Source of the DNA: an uncultured Stakelama sp.
GTDB taxonomy: Bacteria; Pseudomonadota; Alphaproteobacteria; Sphingomonadales; Sphingomonadaceae
Assembly: GCA_964496045.1 (NCBI GenBank)
Contig: CAZBYE010000001.1
Coordinates: forward strand, 727 to 64,726
Length of the DNA stretch: 64,000 bases
Reading direction: 5' to 3'
The translations under genes were made by a program, and so were the position numbers. The notes beneath the pieces were generated by a model. It was given only the letters and a program-made list of their open reading frames with translations. It did no database searches and was not told where the DNA came from. This document shows, one piece after another, positions 26,431 through 38,800 of this stretch (its first letter is position 1; each line of letters opens with the position of its first letter).

Positions 26431-27843
26431 TCACGGACCTTTCACCAAGCTGTCAGCGTCGGATGGGAAAGTGATCGCAACCTTCAGGCCGCGTCCGTTA
26501 GGACCACCGTCGAGTTGCAGATCGACACCGAGCGTCTCCGCGATCGAGCGTGCGATCGACAACCCCAATCCGCTACCGTCATGCTCGCCGCGCGGGTTGA
26601 GGCGCGTGAAGCGCGCAAAGACGGCCTCGCGATCCTCCGGCGCGATACCCGGTCCATCATCGACCACCCGGATGGCGGCAGGCTCGCTGGTGACGATCAC
26701 CGTCACCTGCCCGCCCGGCAGGTTGTAGCGAATTGCGTTGTCGACGATGTTCGCAAGCAGTTCCGTCAGCAATGCATCGTTGCTGCGGACACCTGCCGGT
26801 TGCGGCGAGGTCTCCAGCCGCAGGGCAACGCCCTTTGCGTCCGCAGCCACTTCATGATTGTCGATGGCCCGGATCGCCAGCCGGTTGAGATCGACTCGTT
26901 TGTAGACCAGCCGCGCCGGATGCGCGCTGTCCGCCCGCGCCAGCGACAGCAACTGATTCAGCAAATGACTGAGCCGGCGGCCGGCATTGCCGATATCCTC
27001 GATCGATTCCTTCGCCTCGGCGCTGCCCGGCTTCGCGCGCTTAAGAACGGCGACATGGGTACGAAGGACCGACAATGGCGTGCGCATCTGGTGCGATGCG
27101 TCGGCGGTGAAGCGGCGAATACCTGCAAAGCCGCTGTCCAGCCGCGCGAGCATCGTGTTGAACGCGCTGACCAGATCCCCCAGCTCGCCGGGCACGCCCG
27201 CAGTCGACAGCGGCGTCAGATCCTCGGCGCCGCGCCGGTCCATCTCACCGCGCAGGCGCTTGAGCGGGGCAAGACCGCGGCGCACCGCGATCGGCATCAG
27301 CATCGCCGCCGTTGCGATCAGCGCGAGCTCCAGGATCGCCAGTCCGATCAGCAAGCCACGCGCCATGCGCTTACGTGCATCCAGCGTTTCGGCAACCTGG
27401 ACAATCACCGGCCCATCGACTTGCGGGACGGTCCTGCTCACAGCCACGATACGGACGTCATGTCCCAGATAGTGGCCGTCGGCGAAGGTAAACTCCTCCC
27501 GTCGTGTCGGGTCGAGTCTGATCTGCGGCAAGTCGGAATAGCCGGTCAGAATCTCCTGCCCTCGCCGAACGCTGTAGTAGACATTGTCGCGCGCATTGGT
27601 TTCGAGCATGCCGAACACCGCGGGCGATAGGTCCATCGTGATCTCGCCATCGTCGCTGGCCAGCGAATCGGCGATCCCGCGTGATGCCGCGCTCAGGATG
27701 CGATCGTTGACCGCACCGACCGTACCGGTGATCGTGAAGGAACCCACGACCCCCAGTACCAGCGCCAGCACGGCCACCGGCAGCACCAGCCATCCCAGCA
27801 TCCGGCCCGTCAGGGACCCTGACCGCGGCAGGCCGATCTTCAA
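26431..27843 (-). CDS. tctE: Sensor histidine kinase, TctE-like
   Basis: 2CSK_N-like periplasmic region (DNVYYSV, VQVAET), ADASHQMRTPL, DNAIRY, GSGLGL. Confidence 0.8.
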   Translation of the reverse strand: MKIGLPRSGSLTGRMLGWLVLPVAVLALVLGVVGSFTITGTVGAVNDRILSAASRGIADSLASDDGEITMDLSPAVFGMLETNARDNVYYSVRRGQEILTGYSDLPQIRLDPTRREEFTFADGHYLGHDVRIVAVSRTVPQVDGPVIVQVAETLDARKRMARGLLIGLAILELALIATAAMLMPIAVRRGLAPLKRLRGEMDRRGAEDLTPLSTAGVPGELGDLVSAFNTMLARLDSGFAGIRRFTADASHQMRTPLSVLRTHVAVLKRAKPGSAEAKESIEDIGNAGRRLSHLLNQLLSLARADSAHPARLVYKRVDLNRLAIRAIDNHEVAADAKGVALRLETSPQPAGVRSNDALLTELLANIVDNAIRYNLPGGQVTVIVTSEPAAIRVVDDGPGIAPEDREAVFARFTRLNPRGEHDGSGLGLSIARSIAETLGVDLQLDGGPNGRGLKVAITFPSDADSLVKGP

Positions 27844-28508
27844 CGCGGGTCGATCACATAGCCGAGGCCGCGGATCGTCCGGATCGCCGGGCCGTCGGGT
27901 TCAAGCTTGCGGCGGAGACGCGCGACATAGACCTCGATCGCGTTCGGCGACACCGGTTCGTCATAGCCGAACACCTCGGCGCTCAGCCTTTCCTTCTGCA
28001 CCACTTTGCCCACTTGTGCCGCCAGGCGTTCAAGGACCGCCCATTCGCGACGGCGCAGGTCGAGCATCCGACCGTCGACTGCAGCGATACGCCGGGCCGG
28101 GTCGATGGTCAGCCGGCCGATCGACAGCAAGGGCGAAGCCTCTCCCGCGGCCCGCCGCAACAGCGCACGGACACGCGCCTCCAGTTCTCCGGTATCGAAC
28201 GGTTTCAGAAGATAGTCATCGGCGCCGAGATCGAGCCCGGCGATGCGATCCTCGATCGCGTCGCGCGCGGTCAAGACCAGCACCGGCACCTTGGATTCGC
28301 TGCGTCGGATCGCGTTCAGCACCTCAAGGCCCGAAATATCAGGCAGGCCAATGTCGAGTACGACCAGCGCATATGGCTCGTCGTGAACGACCATCATCGC
28401 GGTTTCGCCATCCTCGGCGATGTCGACCGAATGGCCCGCCCCCCGCAGCAACGCGGCAATGCCGCGCGCGAGCGGCGGATCGTCTTCGACTAGCAATATC
28501 CTCGCCAT
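27840..28508 (-). CDS. tctD: OmpR-family response regulator, TctD-like
   Basis: Start re-called at ATG 28508 (MARILLVEDD); GADDYLLKPF, NAIEVYVARLRRKL, TIRGLGY. Confidence 0.82.
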   Translation of the reverse strand: MARILLVEDDPPLARGIAALLRGAGHSVDIAEDGETAMMVVHDEPYALVVLDIGLPDISGLEVLNAIRRSESKVPVLVLTARDAIEDRIAGLDLGADDYLLKPFDTGELEARVRALLRRAAGEASPLLSIGRLTIDPARRIAAVDGRMLDLRRREWAVLERLAAQVGKVVQKERLSAEVFGYDEPVSPNAIEVYVARLRRKLEPDGPAIRTIRGLGYVIDPR

Positions 28509-28588
28509 TGCCTGAACCTGACGAAAGCTGCCATTCTGGTCCACAGCAGATTTTGAAGGGAGAGCGATGTGCGAAGGGCAATGCCCCG

Positions 28589-29788
28589 ATGAGGTCGCGC
28601 GCATTAATCTGCGGCCTGGTCTTGCTGACCGGGATTCTGGGGCTGGCGGGCGGCTGCCTGCCCCACGCCGATCGCAGCGGACAAATCCCCGAAGGCTATG
28701 CCGCATCCTATGCGACTCTGATCGACGACGGCACAAGGGAAGGGCAACTGGTCATCTGGTCGACCACCGACCGGAAGGTGATGAACGATCTTCTGACCGC
28801 GTTCGAAACCGCCTACCCCGGCATACGCGTCGAATATCTCGACCTGTCCGCACTCGAAATCCGCGACCGGTTTCTGGCGGCGGCGAAGGCCGGGCGAGCG
28901 AGCGCCGATCTGTTGCTGTCGTCGTCGATGGACATGCAGATCAAGCTCGTGAACGATGGCTACGCCCAGCCCTATGATTCACCTGAGCGGGAGCATTTGC
29001 CCAACTGGGCGAACTGGAAGAATCAAGCGTGGGGCACGACTGCCGAACCGGTTGCGATGGTCTACAACAAGGCGTTGCTGCCCCGCGCACGCGTGCCGCA
29101 CAATCATATGGACTTCGTCCGGCTGCTCGAGCGGCGCGACCCCGATCTGCGCGGGCGCATCGCGACCTACGACCCCAGCATATCGTCGGTCGGTTATCTT
29201 TGCGTGTCTCAGGACAATGTCATCAGCGGCCATGTTTGGCAGATGGCGCATGGCCTGGGCGCCAATCAGGCAAGGTTGTTCCCGACCAGCGAGGATGTGA
29301 TTCAGGACGTATCGAGCGGACGATCGATCATCGGCTACAATGCCCTTGGATCCTATGCCCTGGACGAGGCGCAACGAAATCCGAATCTGGGGGTCGTCTT
29401 CCCGACCGACTATACGCTGGTCATGTCGCGGATCGCGATGATCCCGGTGACATCCCGCCATCCCAACGCTGCGCGGCTGTTCCTGGACTTCCTCTTGTCG
29501 GCCAGAGGACAGTCCTTGCTGGCGCACCATTCTATGCCGTCGGTCCGCAGCGACGTCGCGCTCCCCGCCGGCCTGCGCGACTCCAAATCGCCCATGCGCG
29601 CCATTCGCGTGGGACCGGAATTGCTCATTGCGCAGGACAAGCTGACGCGCGCGCGCTTTCTGAAGCGATGGAACCGTGAGATCGCCGCTGGAGCGACGTC
29701 TGCCCGGCAACCCGTCGCGGAACCGCCCCGTTTCCCGGCAAGCATGCCGGTCGGACAACAACGCACCGCCGGAACCGGAATGCGTTGA
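28589..29788 (+). CDS. Periplasmic solute-binding protein (Fe3+/PgtC-like fold), divergent from tctD
   Basis: Start re-called at ATG 28589, lipoprotein-like LAGGC; SSSMDMQIKLVNDG, DYTLVMSR, ARLFLDFLLS. Confidence 0.82.
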   Translation: MRSRALICGLVLLTGILGLAGGCLPHADRSGQIPEGYAASYATLIDDGTREGQLVIWSTTDRKVMNDLLTAFETAYPGIRVEYLDLSALEIRDRFLAAAKAGRASADLLLSSSMDMQIKLVNDGYAQPYDSPEREHLPNWANWKNQAWGTTAEPVAMVYNKALLPRARVPHNHMDFVRLLERRDPDLRGRIATYDPSISSVGYLCVSQDNVISGHVWQMAHGLGANQARLFPTSEDVIQDVSSGRSIIGYNALGSYALDEAQRNPNLGVVFPTDYTLVMSRIAMIPVTSRHPNAARLFLDFLLSARGQSLLAHHSMPSVRSDVALPAGLRDSKSPMRAIRVGPELLIAQDKLTRARFLKRWNREIAAGATSARQPVAEPPRFPASMPVGQQRTAGTGMR

Positions 29789-29824
29789 CCGTCGCAAGGC
29801 GGAAGCCCGCCTCGCAACCGTCGC

Positions 29825-32800
29825 TCACTCCCCCTGCGCGTCACCGATAAGATTCACCGAGGGATCCTCGTAGAGCGAGAATTCACTGGTCGGCCTGCGC
29901 CGGTGCAGCGCATCGCTCGCATCCGCACCCGATTGGGTGAAACGAATGACCAGACTGCCGGGGACGACGGTGAGCGAATAGTTGGGCGAAAGCGTCAGGC
30001 TGCCGCGATCGATGGCATAGGTTCCTGCTTGCTCACCCGGCGTGCGCGCCAGCTCGCCGGTGAAGCCATCGCCCGCAACCAGCGATCCGCCGACAACGCG
30101 CCAGGTGAACCCCGGATCGCGCTGACCGAACAGCTTGGTCAGATCGTTCGCCCGCACGGTCACCGCGCGGCGCAGGATATCAGCGAGAACCGGGCCACCG
30201 CCAAGGGTGACCGCGTAGTTGCCGGCATCGGCGCCGTTCAACGTCACCCCGTTGACCGAAACCGTCCGCGCAGTGCCGGCATTCCGGTCGGCAAAGGCAT
30301 AGGCCGCGGAAGCGGAAACATTGTCGCCGACAAGGACTCCATTGAGTGTGATCCGTCCGGTAGCCATAGTCGTGCCGTCATAGACACGGCTGTCGGCGGT
30401 GGCCGTACCGGTGATCGCAAGCCGCGCGATCGTCGCCACATCGGTGGCAGCCCTATTGACGATATAGTTGGCGGCATCGGCCCCGGAGAGGGTGATGCCG
30501 CTTGCCGTCACCGTCTTATCAGCACCCGCATTCTTGTCGCCGAACGCATAGTTTCCGGCCGCGCCCACCTGATCGCCCGCGATCACGCCGCTTAGCGACA
30601 GCGCACCCGTGGCGGCAGTCGTGCCATCATAGACCTTTCCATTCGCCGCCAGCGTCGCTGTGATCGTCCGCGCCAGAATATCGGCGAGTGCGGTCGCGGT
30701 GACATTGACCGTATAGTTGCCCGCGTCAGCGCCACTCAGCGTGATTCCGCTCGCTGTTACGGTCTTTCCATTTCCGGCATTCCTGTCGGCAAAGGCATAG
30801 TTGCCGGAGGCGTTCACGGTATCCCCTGCGAGTACCCCGCCCAGAGACAGCGCGCCGCTCGCGGCAGTCGTACCGTCATAGACTCTTCCATTGGCAGCCA
30901 GCGTCGCCGTGATTGCCCGGGCGAGGATATCGGCAAGGCCCGTCGCTGTCGTATTCACCGAATAGTTGCCGGCATCGGCACCGCCGAGCGTGATCCCGCT
31001 TGCCGTCACGACCTTGCCGGTTCCGGCATTCCTGTCGGCAAAGGCATAGCTGCCTGAAACGTTCACGGAGTCGCCTGCCAGAACACCGCCCAGCGACAGC
31101 GTACCCGTGGCGGCGATGGTGCCGTCATAGACCTTGCCGTTCGCTGCCAGCGTCGCGGTGATCGCGCGTGCGACGATGTCAGCAAGCGCCGTCGCGCTGG
31201 CGTTGACCGTGTAGTTTCCGGCGTCCGCGCCCGACAGCGCGATTCCGCTCGCCGTCACGGTCTTTCCGTTACCGGCATTCTTGTCGGCGAAGGCGTAGCT
31301 GCCAGCCGCCCCCACCTGATCGCCAGCAAGCACACCGCCGAGCGACAGCGTGCCGGTGGCGCCCGTGGTGCCGTCATAGGTCTTGCCATTGGCAGTCAGC
31401 GTCGCGGTGACGGCCCGGGCAAGGATATCGGCAAGCGCGGTTGTGGTCGCATTCACCGTATAGTTGCCGGCATCCGCGCCACTCAGCGCGATCCCGCTCG
31501 CCGTCACGGTCTTGCCCGTACCTGCATTCTTGTCGCCAAAGGCATAGCTGCCCATAGCATTCACGGTGTCGCCCGCGATCACACCGTTCAACGACAGCGT
31601 GCCGGCGGCGGCGGTAGTGCCGTCATAGACCTTTCCGTTCGCCACCAGCGTCGCGGTGACCACCCGGGCAAGGATGTCCGCAAGCGCCGTCGCGCTGGTG
31701 TTGACGACGTAGTTGCCGGCGTCTGCACCGCTCAGCGTAATCCCGTTCGCCGTTACCGTCTTGCCGGTGCCGGCGTTCTTGTCGGAGAAAGCATAGCCGC
31801 CCGACGCGCTTACCGTGTCGCCGGCGAGGACTCCGTCGAGCGTCAGCGCCCCCGTGGCGGCGGCTGTACCGTCGTAGACCTTTCCATTCGCGCTCAGCGT
31901 GGCGGTGATGGCGCGCGCAAGGATATCGGCGAAGCCGGTCGCGCTGGCATTGACCACATAGTTTCCGGCATCAGTGCCCGAAAGCGCGATACTGCTCGCC
32001 GTCACCGTCTTGCCGGTAGCGGCATTCTTGTCGCCGAAAGCAAGCGCACTGGTAACCCCCACATCGTCACCCGCGAGCACACCGCCAAGCGACAAGGTGC
32101 CGGTGGCGCCGGTGGTGCCGTCATAGGTCTTGCCGTTTGCCGTCAGCGTCGCAGTGATCGCGCGGGCAAGGATGTCCGCAAGGCTCGTCGCGGTGAGGTT
32201 GACCGTGTAGTTGCCGGCGTCCGCACCGTTGAGCGCGATGCCACTGGCCGTCACGGTCTTGCCGGTACCGGCGTTCTTGTCGCCGAAAGCAAGCGAACCG
32301 GACACGCCGACATCGTCACCTGCGATTACCCCGCCCAGAGACAGCGTGCCGCTGGTGGCGGTGGTGCCATCATAGACCTTGCCGCTCGCCGCCAGCGTCG
32401 CGGTGATCGCACGCGGATCGATCCGCAGCGTACCGCTCCCGAAGGCGAAGTCGTAATTCATGTCGGAAGCCAGCGTGCCCAGGTTTGCCACGATGTTGTA
32501 CGTGCCCGCATTGCGGCCCGCGCCCGACAAGCCCGCGGCGCCCGACCACGCGTCCGCCGCGCTATCGCCGTTGACAAGACCGGTGATGCCAGCGCCGAGC
32601 ACGGGCACCTGACCATCATAGGTGACGATGATGTTGTTCGGGAGCACCGACAGCACCGGACGATAGCCATAGACGAACCGGTTGCCTGCGTTCGGTGCGG
32701 TACCGAAGCTGCCGGTCGCGAAGTTGTAGGCCGCGCCATAGAAGCTCCGGCCGGCAAGGCCGCCGAAGTTGTTCGCCGGATCGGACGCGCCCGCATTCCC

Positions 32801-35800
32801 CGCCGCCTGCGTATAGACGAGCCAGCGGCCATTGGCGGCGTCGAGCGCGGTTCCGCCTGCAAGATTGTGGAACAATCCATCCGAAGCGAGGGTGATCGCG
32901 TCACCGGCCGCAGCGGAACGCACTGCACCCGTCGCGGCAATCATCATCCCGCCGTGCGAGCGGATCGTCACGCTGCCCGCGCCACCGTCAACCACGCCGT
33001 CAATACCAAGCGCGGTCACATTGTTAAGCAGCAGGCCTCCGGCGTTGAAGGCCCCAAGCGACGCGATCCCGTTGGCGCCATCCAGCCGGGCGTAGTTGGT
33101 GACGCTGCCAGTCAGGCGCTGAGCAAGGATCGCCCCGCTATTCTGGCTCAGCGCGCCCGCCACGCTCAGGTCGAGCGTGCCATCGCGGACGTCGATCGCC
33201 CCGGCAAGGGCGAGATCCTGCAAATTGTTGAGGGCGAAGCCGCCATGGGCGATGGTAACCGCGCCGAGGCGACCGATCCGCGAGCCGGTGCCGTGGGTCG
33301 CAAGATCGACATCCCCACCCGCCGTGAGCGCAAGCGAGTCGGCGAAGACGCCGGCATCGAAGCCGCTGGCGATGATCCCGCCCGCCGCGCTCAGGATTAC
33401 GTCACCACCGGTGATCTTGCGGAATGCAAGGCTGCCCGCGCCCGAACCGATGTTGACCACGAACCGCCCGTTGACCGCGCCGGTCGTGACATTCCCCTGC
33501 CCCGCGATACCGATATGACCCGCGCTGGTCTCGACGTCCCCGATGGAGAGCGCACCCGCCGGTCCGGTGACGAAGAGCGCCCCAACCGTCCGGATTCCCC
33601 CGATGGAGAGGTCGCCGTTCCGGACGGTCAGCTCCAGCGTGCCGCCGCCGATGTCGGTGAACTCTGCCGAACGGTCGAGATTGATCGCGATCGCGCCATC
33701 GGCCTGCACACCGCCGCCCGTCAACGCGCTGCCCGCGCTGGTGAAGACATGGCCGCTGCCGATCGCGCCAGCTGAAGAAGCGGCGAACCCCTGTTCGCCC
33801 CGCTCTCCCAGTGTGATGGCGTGTCGTCCGGTACCTCTCAGGTCGGCGCTGCCCAGGCGGAGCTCGCCACCCGCGCTTATCCGGATCGCGTGGCTCGCCT
33901 GAACCCCGTGCAGGTCGGCGCCCGCGCTGCGTTCAACATCGACCCCGCCCTGTGTCGAGCGGAGCAGACCCGCCGAAACACCGCTCGCCGAAAGACTGAG
34001 ATTGCCCAGCGTACCGATATCGCCGCCGCGGATCGCACCGCCATTCGCGCGCAGCGTGGCGCTGCCTGCAAAGCCGAGGTCGAGCGTCATGTAGTCGAAG
34101 TCGCCCGCCGTGTCGGTCACGAACAGGTCGCCCGCCCGCGTGCCGGTCATCGCCAGTGCATTGCCGAAGAAGCCGGTGCCGGTGAGCGTATAGTTCCGCC
34201 CGACCGTCACGGCGCCGACGACATCGACTCCGCCCGCGGAGGCATTGAGCACGATATCGCGGCCGGCCACGTCGCCAAGCCGGATCGCCCTCGCGACCAC
34301 ATCGACATCGCCCTCGGCGAGCAGCGACAGCGCGCCGGTGATATTGCCCACCGAGTTGATCCGGATATCGCCCGCCGCGACCAGATTGCCGCCCGCGCTC
34401 AGGTCACCGTCGGTATCGGTGATCGTGACATTGTTGAGCCTGGTGGCGCCGCCGCCGACGATCGGCAGCAGCGCGTTGCCGGCGAAGTCGCGCGCGGTCA
34501 GCGTGTAGTTGCCGCCGCTGCTCACCGGATTCGTCAAAGTGAGCGTGCCGCCGGGCAGAGTGATCGCGATATTGTGCCCGGCCAGGTCGCCGATGCCGAG
34601 ATCGCCGGTCGCGACATGGACATTGGCGTCGCCGCTGACTCCCGCGGCAATGGTGTCGAACACGCCGGTCGCCGACTGCAGGTTCACGTTGACGCTGCCG
34701 TTCAGCGAGATCAGCGTCGCGCCACCCGAGCCGCAGGCACAGCCGCTCAGGCTGCCGCCGGTGGCGAGCAGGTTGCTGCCGGTGATTTGCGCGACCGTAT
34801 CGGCGCCGAGCGTGATGTTGCCCAGCGCGACCAGCGCAAAGCCGTTCGCAGCAGTGATCGCGCGCAGGGTAGCATTGCCGCCCGCCTGGAGCTGGCCGCC
34901 ATTCGCGACGACGTTGCCCAGGTTGAGGTCGGTGAACGCGCTGAAGATCGCATCGCCACCCGTCGAATGGACGCTGTCGACCGTGATCGCTCCGCTCGTG
35001 CTGAGCACGTCGATGTCGCCGCCCGATGTGATTGCCCCCGCGCGGACCTCGCCCGCGGTCAGCTCGACATAGCTGGCCCCGTTGATGATCGCGGTCCGGG
35101 TGTCGAGCAACCCGCCGGCTGTCAGATAGGTCTCGAACCCGTTCGCGCTGCTCAGCAGTGTCAGGTCGCCATCGGCGAAGAGGTCGAGCGCGCTTCCGGT
35201 CGCCGCGGCGCTGCCGATCACGAGCGAACCACCCAGCACGTTCACGATGCCGCGCTCGGTCAACGCAGTGAGCTGGCCGATCGTGAGATCGCCAGTCGCG
35301 ACGTTCACCTCGACCCGGCGGCCACTGATGTTGTCCAGCCTGGCTGAGTGGTCGAGGTTGATGGAGACGCCTGCTCCGCCCGTGATGCTCGCCATGCCGG
35401 TCGACCCGACGGCACGCACGAACCAGCGGTCGGTGCCGATGCCCGACATCGCATCGTCATCGCCCAGCGTCGCGTTGCCGCCGGCGCCGATCGTCAGGTC
35501 GCCGGTCGCACCGGTAAGGTTGGCCTGCCGCAGCGTCGCGTCGCCCTGCGCGGTGATGCCGATGTTGCGCCCCGCCATCGCATAGCCGATGACCGCATCG
35601 CCGGTGGTCGCCACGACCGCGACATCCGCGCCAGCCGCAAGCGCGCCGGAGACGCGCACCGTACCGCCGGTCAGGCTGAGATTGCCCGCGGCCGTATCTG
35701 CGGAGAACAGGTCCAGATTGCCGCTGTTGGCCAGCACATCGACCCCGTTCGCCGCGCCGATCTGGTACAGATCCACGCTTCCGGCGGTGATTGCGACCGC

Positions 35801-38800
35801 GCCGGCCAGCGAGCGGAAGGAGCCGTTGCTGAGCGCACCGCCGACGGTGAAGTCGATCCCGCCGCCGAACTCGAGCGTCCTGCCCGACGCATCGAGATCG
35901 CCGCCGGTGGTCAGCGTCCACCTGCCCGCGCGCGTGCCGATCGGCTGCAACGCGCCATTGTAGAAATAGCGGCCGGCAAGCGAATAATTGCCGGCGACAT
36001 CGACCCGGTTTGCGATGACATCGCCATTCGCCGAGGTCAGGTCCACCTTCGTGCCCACGATGTCGGTCAGGTTGAGGTCGTCGACAGCATAGGCAAGGAC
36101 ATCGCCCGTCGCTGCGATCGACACGCTCCCGTTCATCGTCGCGAGATTGAGCCTCACATTGCCGGCGCGGGCACCGATCCGAACGACCGGGCTCGTCTCG
36201 ACATAAAGCCGGTGAGTTCCGGAGATCGCCCCGGGATCGCTCGCACCAAGCGTCACGTTGTTGCCGAGGATATCGACAATGTAGCCGTTCCCGGCCGCAT
36301 CGGTGCCACCCGAAAGGTGCACCAGTTCCGCCACCGTCGCGTCGCCGGCAGCATTGATCAGGATATCGTCGCGGCCGGATACCGATCGCAGAACGATCGA
36401 ACCGCCACTCATCGCCCGCAGGCCCGCACGCGAATCGAGGCTGCCCGAACCACCGATATCGCCCGCGGCATCGAAATCCATGTTGCCCAGGCTGAAGATC
36501 GTTCCGCCCAAAGTCAGCTGACCCGCAGTCAGACGCAGCGTCAGGTCGCCATGATCGGACACGAGATTATTGACCGTCAGCGCGCGGCCATTGACGAAGC
36601 GGACGTCGCCGGATCCGCCACTGTTGGTCGCCGTCAGCGCATCGACCTGGTTGATGCTGCCAAGGTCGATGCCGCCGCTCGCCGTGATTGAGAGTGACGG
36701 CGCGGTGACGAGACCGCCGCTCTGCGTCAGTCGCCCGTTCACCGCCAGCGAAACTGTGCCGCTCGCGGTAACTGCCCCTGCCAGATCGAGGCCGGTATCG
36801 GTGCTCAGGGACAGGCTGGAGACATCCACCGCGCCGAGCGTGTCGATCAGGTTTCCGGCAGAGAGCAGGGTGGCGTTGGTCGCCGACAGGTTAAGGGTTC
36901 CTGCCTCGATACCTGCCTGTTGGTCGATCTTGCCCGCGACGCGCAGCGTTACGGTCTGTCCGGTCGCGCGGATCGCGCCGATCAGAATATCTCCGCTGCC
37001 GGTATAGGCGATGCCGCCCGTTCCCAGATTTGCCAGACGGATCGCCCCGGCGATCGCGTTTCCGCTCCGCGTCAGCGTGATGCCAGCGCGCGCGGTCACA
37101 TCGAGCAGACCGGCCGCGAGATCGCCGGTCTGCGTCACCGCGCCTGCATCCGAGGTCAGGACGAAGGTACCGGGCAATGAAACCGCACCCAGACTGATGC
37201 TGCCCGTATTGCGGAGCGCTATGTCTCCGGTCACGCTCGTGCCCGCAAATGCGCTGACCGTGTTCGCCCCGCCGAGCGCAATATTCCGGTCCGCCATAAC
37301 GTTGAGCGACGCCGCCGTGATCGCACCGCCACTCTGCGTGATCTCGCCGGTATTGGCGACCAGCGAGACGTTGCCCCCTGCGTCGATCGCATCGGTGAGC
37401 AACAGGTCGCCCACCGCGGTGAAGGCGATGTCGCCGCCCGCGTTGAGCATGCCGAGATTCGTCACGGCATTGTCGCCGGTCAGGATGATGTCGCCGCCCG
37501 CACGCGCGTTGAGCAGGTTCGCGGTGATCAGGCCGCTCTGACCGATCTTGCCATGGTCGGAGGTGACATCGAACGTCCCCGCCGCGAAGCCGAAGTCGAG
37601 CGTGAAATCGCCGAGCGCACGGAAGGTGACATTGCCGGTATTGGAAACAAGCCGGACCGGACCCGCCGCCGCGACCTGATTTGTGCGGTTCAGCAGGATC
37701 GACCCGTCGGCACTCGCATGGATCGAACCCGTGTCGATGCTGCCTGCGGTCTGCGTGATCCCGCCGGTCAGCGACTGGAGAACCAGCTCGTCGCCGGAGA
37801 TATCGCCGGCAAGCGCGAAGCTGCCGTCATTGGTGAACCCAACGACGCCCGAACCGGACCGATAATCGCCAAGCTCGTTCACCCGATTGGCATGATTGAA
37901 GTTGAGTGCGCCACCCGCGCTGGCATTGAGCCGGTTCGCGGTAATGATGCCGCTCGTGAACAGCATCTGGAGCAGCGAGCCGCTGTCGGTCTTGAGGGTC
38001 ACCTCATGGCCTGCCGCGGTGACATCGCCCCACAGCATCAGCGCAGTCGCATTGCGGTAGAGGAAATCGCCGCCCGCCGTAACGTCGCGCAAATTGTTCA
38101 CGCTGTTCGCGCCGCCCAGCGTGATCGCCCCACCCGCCGCGGCGCTCAGGCCGAGCGCGGTGATCGTGCCCGAAGTCTGACTGATCGCGCCGGTGTTCGA
38201 CCGCAGCGTCACCTCGTGGCCGGCAGCGGCGATATCGCCATCCAGTGCGAAATCACCCGCGTTGCGGAAGACGATGTCGCCCCCTGCGGCCAGACCGCCG
38301 AGTGTATCGACGAGGTTCGCCTCGTTGAGCGCGATCCCGCCATTGGCGGCGCTGACCGACAACCGGCTCGCACCGATCCGTGTCGAGGCCGCTTGGCCGA
38401 TCGAACCGTTCGTCGAAGTAAATGTCGCCGCACCCGGCGTATCGACCATGCCCAAGGTGAAGCCGCCATTGTTGCGGAAGGCGATGTCCGCGCCCGCATC
38501 GAACGTGACCGTCCCCGTCGCGGAGATCAGGTTCGCCGCGCCAAGGTCGATCGCACCGGTCGCACGGGCACGCAGGCCGAGAGCTTCGATAGATCCGCCG
38601 CTCTGGCCGATCGACGCGGCATCGAGCGCGACGTCGCCATTGGTAGCGGTGAGCGCGCCGGTCAGGTCGAGCGCGCGACCGGAGGTGATGCTGATGCCGC
38701 TGGTGAAGGACCAGACATCGCCCAATGCCGCGATCTGGTTACCGAGGCGCAGGTCGATCGCGCCATAGGCACTGCCGCGGAACAGGTCCGCGGTGATGAC

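Noticed and set aside
27584-28736. 734-aa binding-protein ORF and 298-aa regulator ORF read as fusions
   Set aside because: The extensions are antisense to each other's genes; the credible starts are 28589 and 28508.
30170-32415. CRISPR-like or non-coding repeat array
   Set aside because: In-frame 249-bp coding repeats with no spacers and no cas genes.
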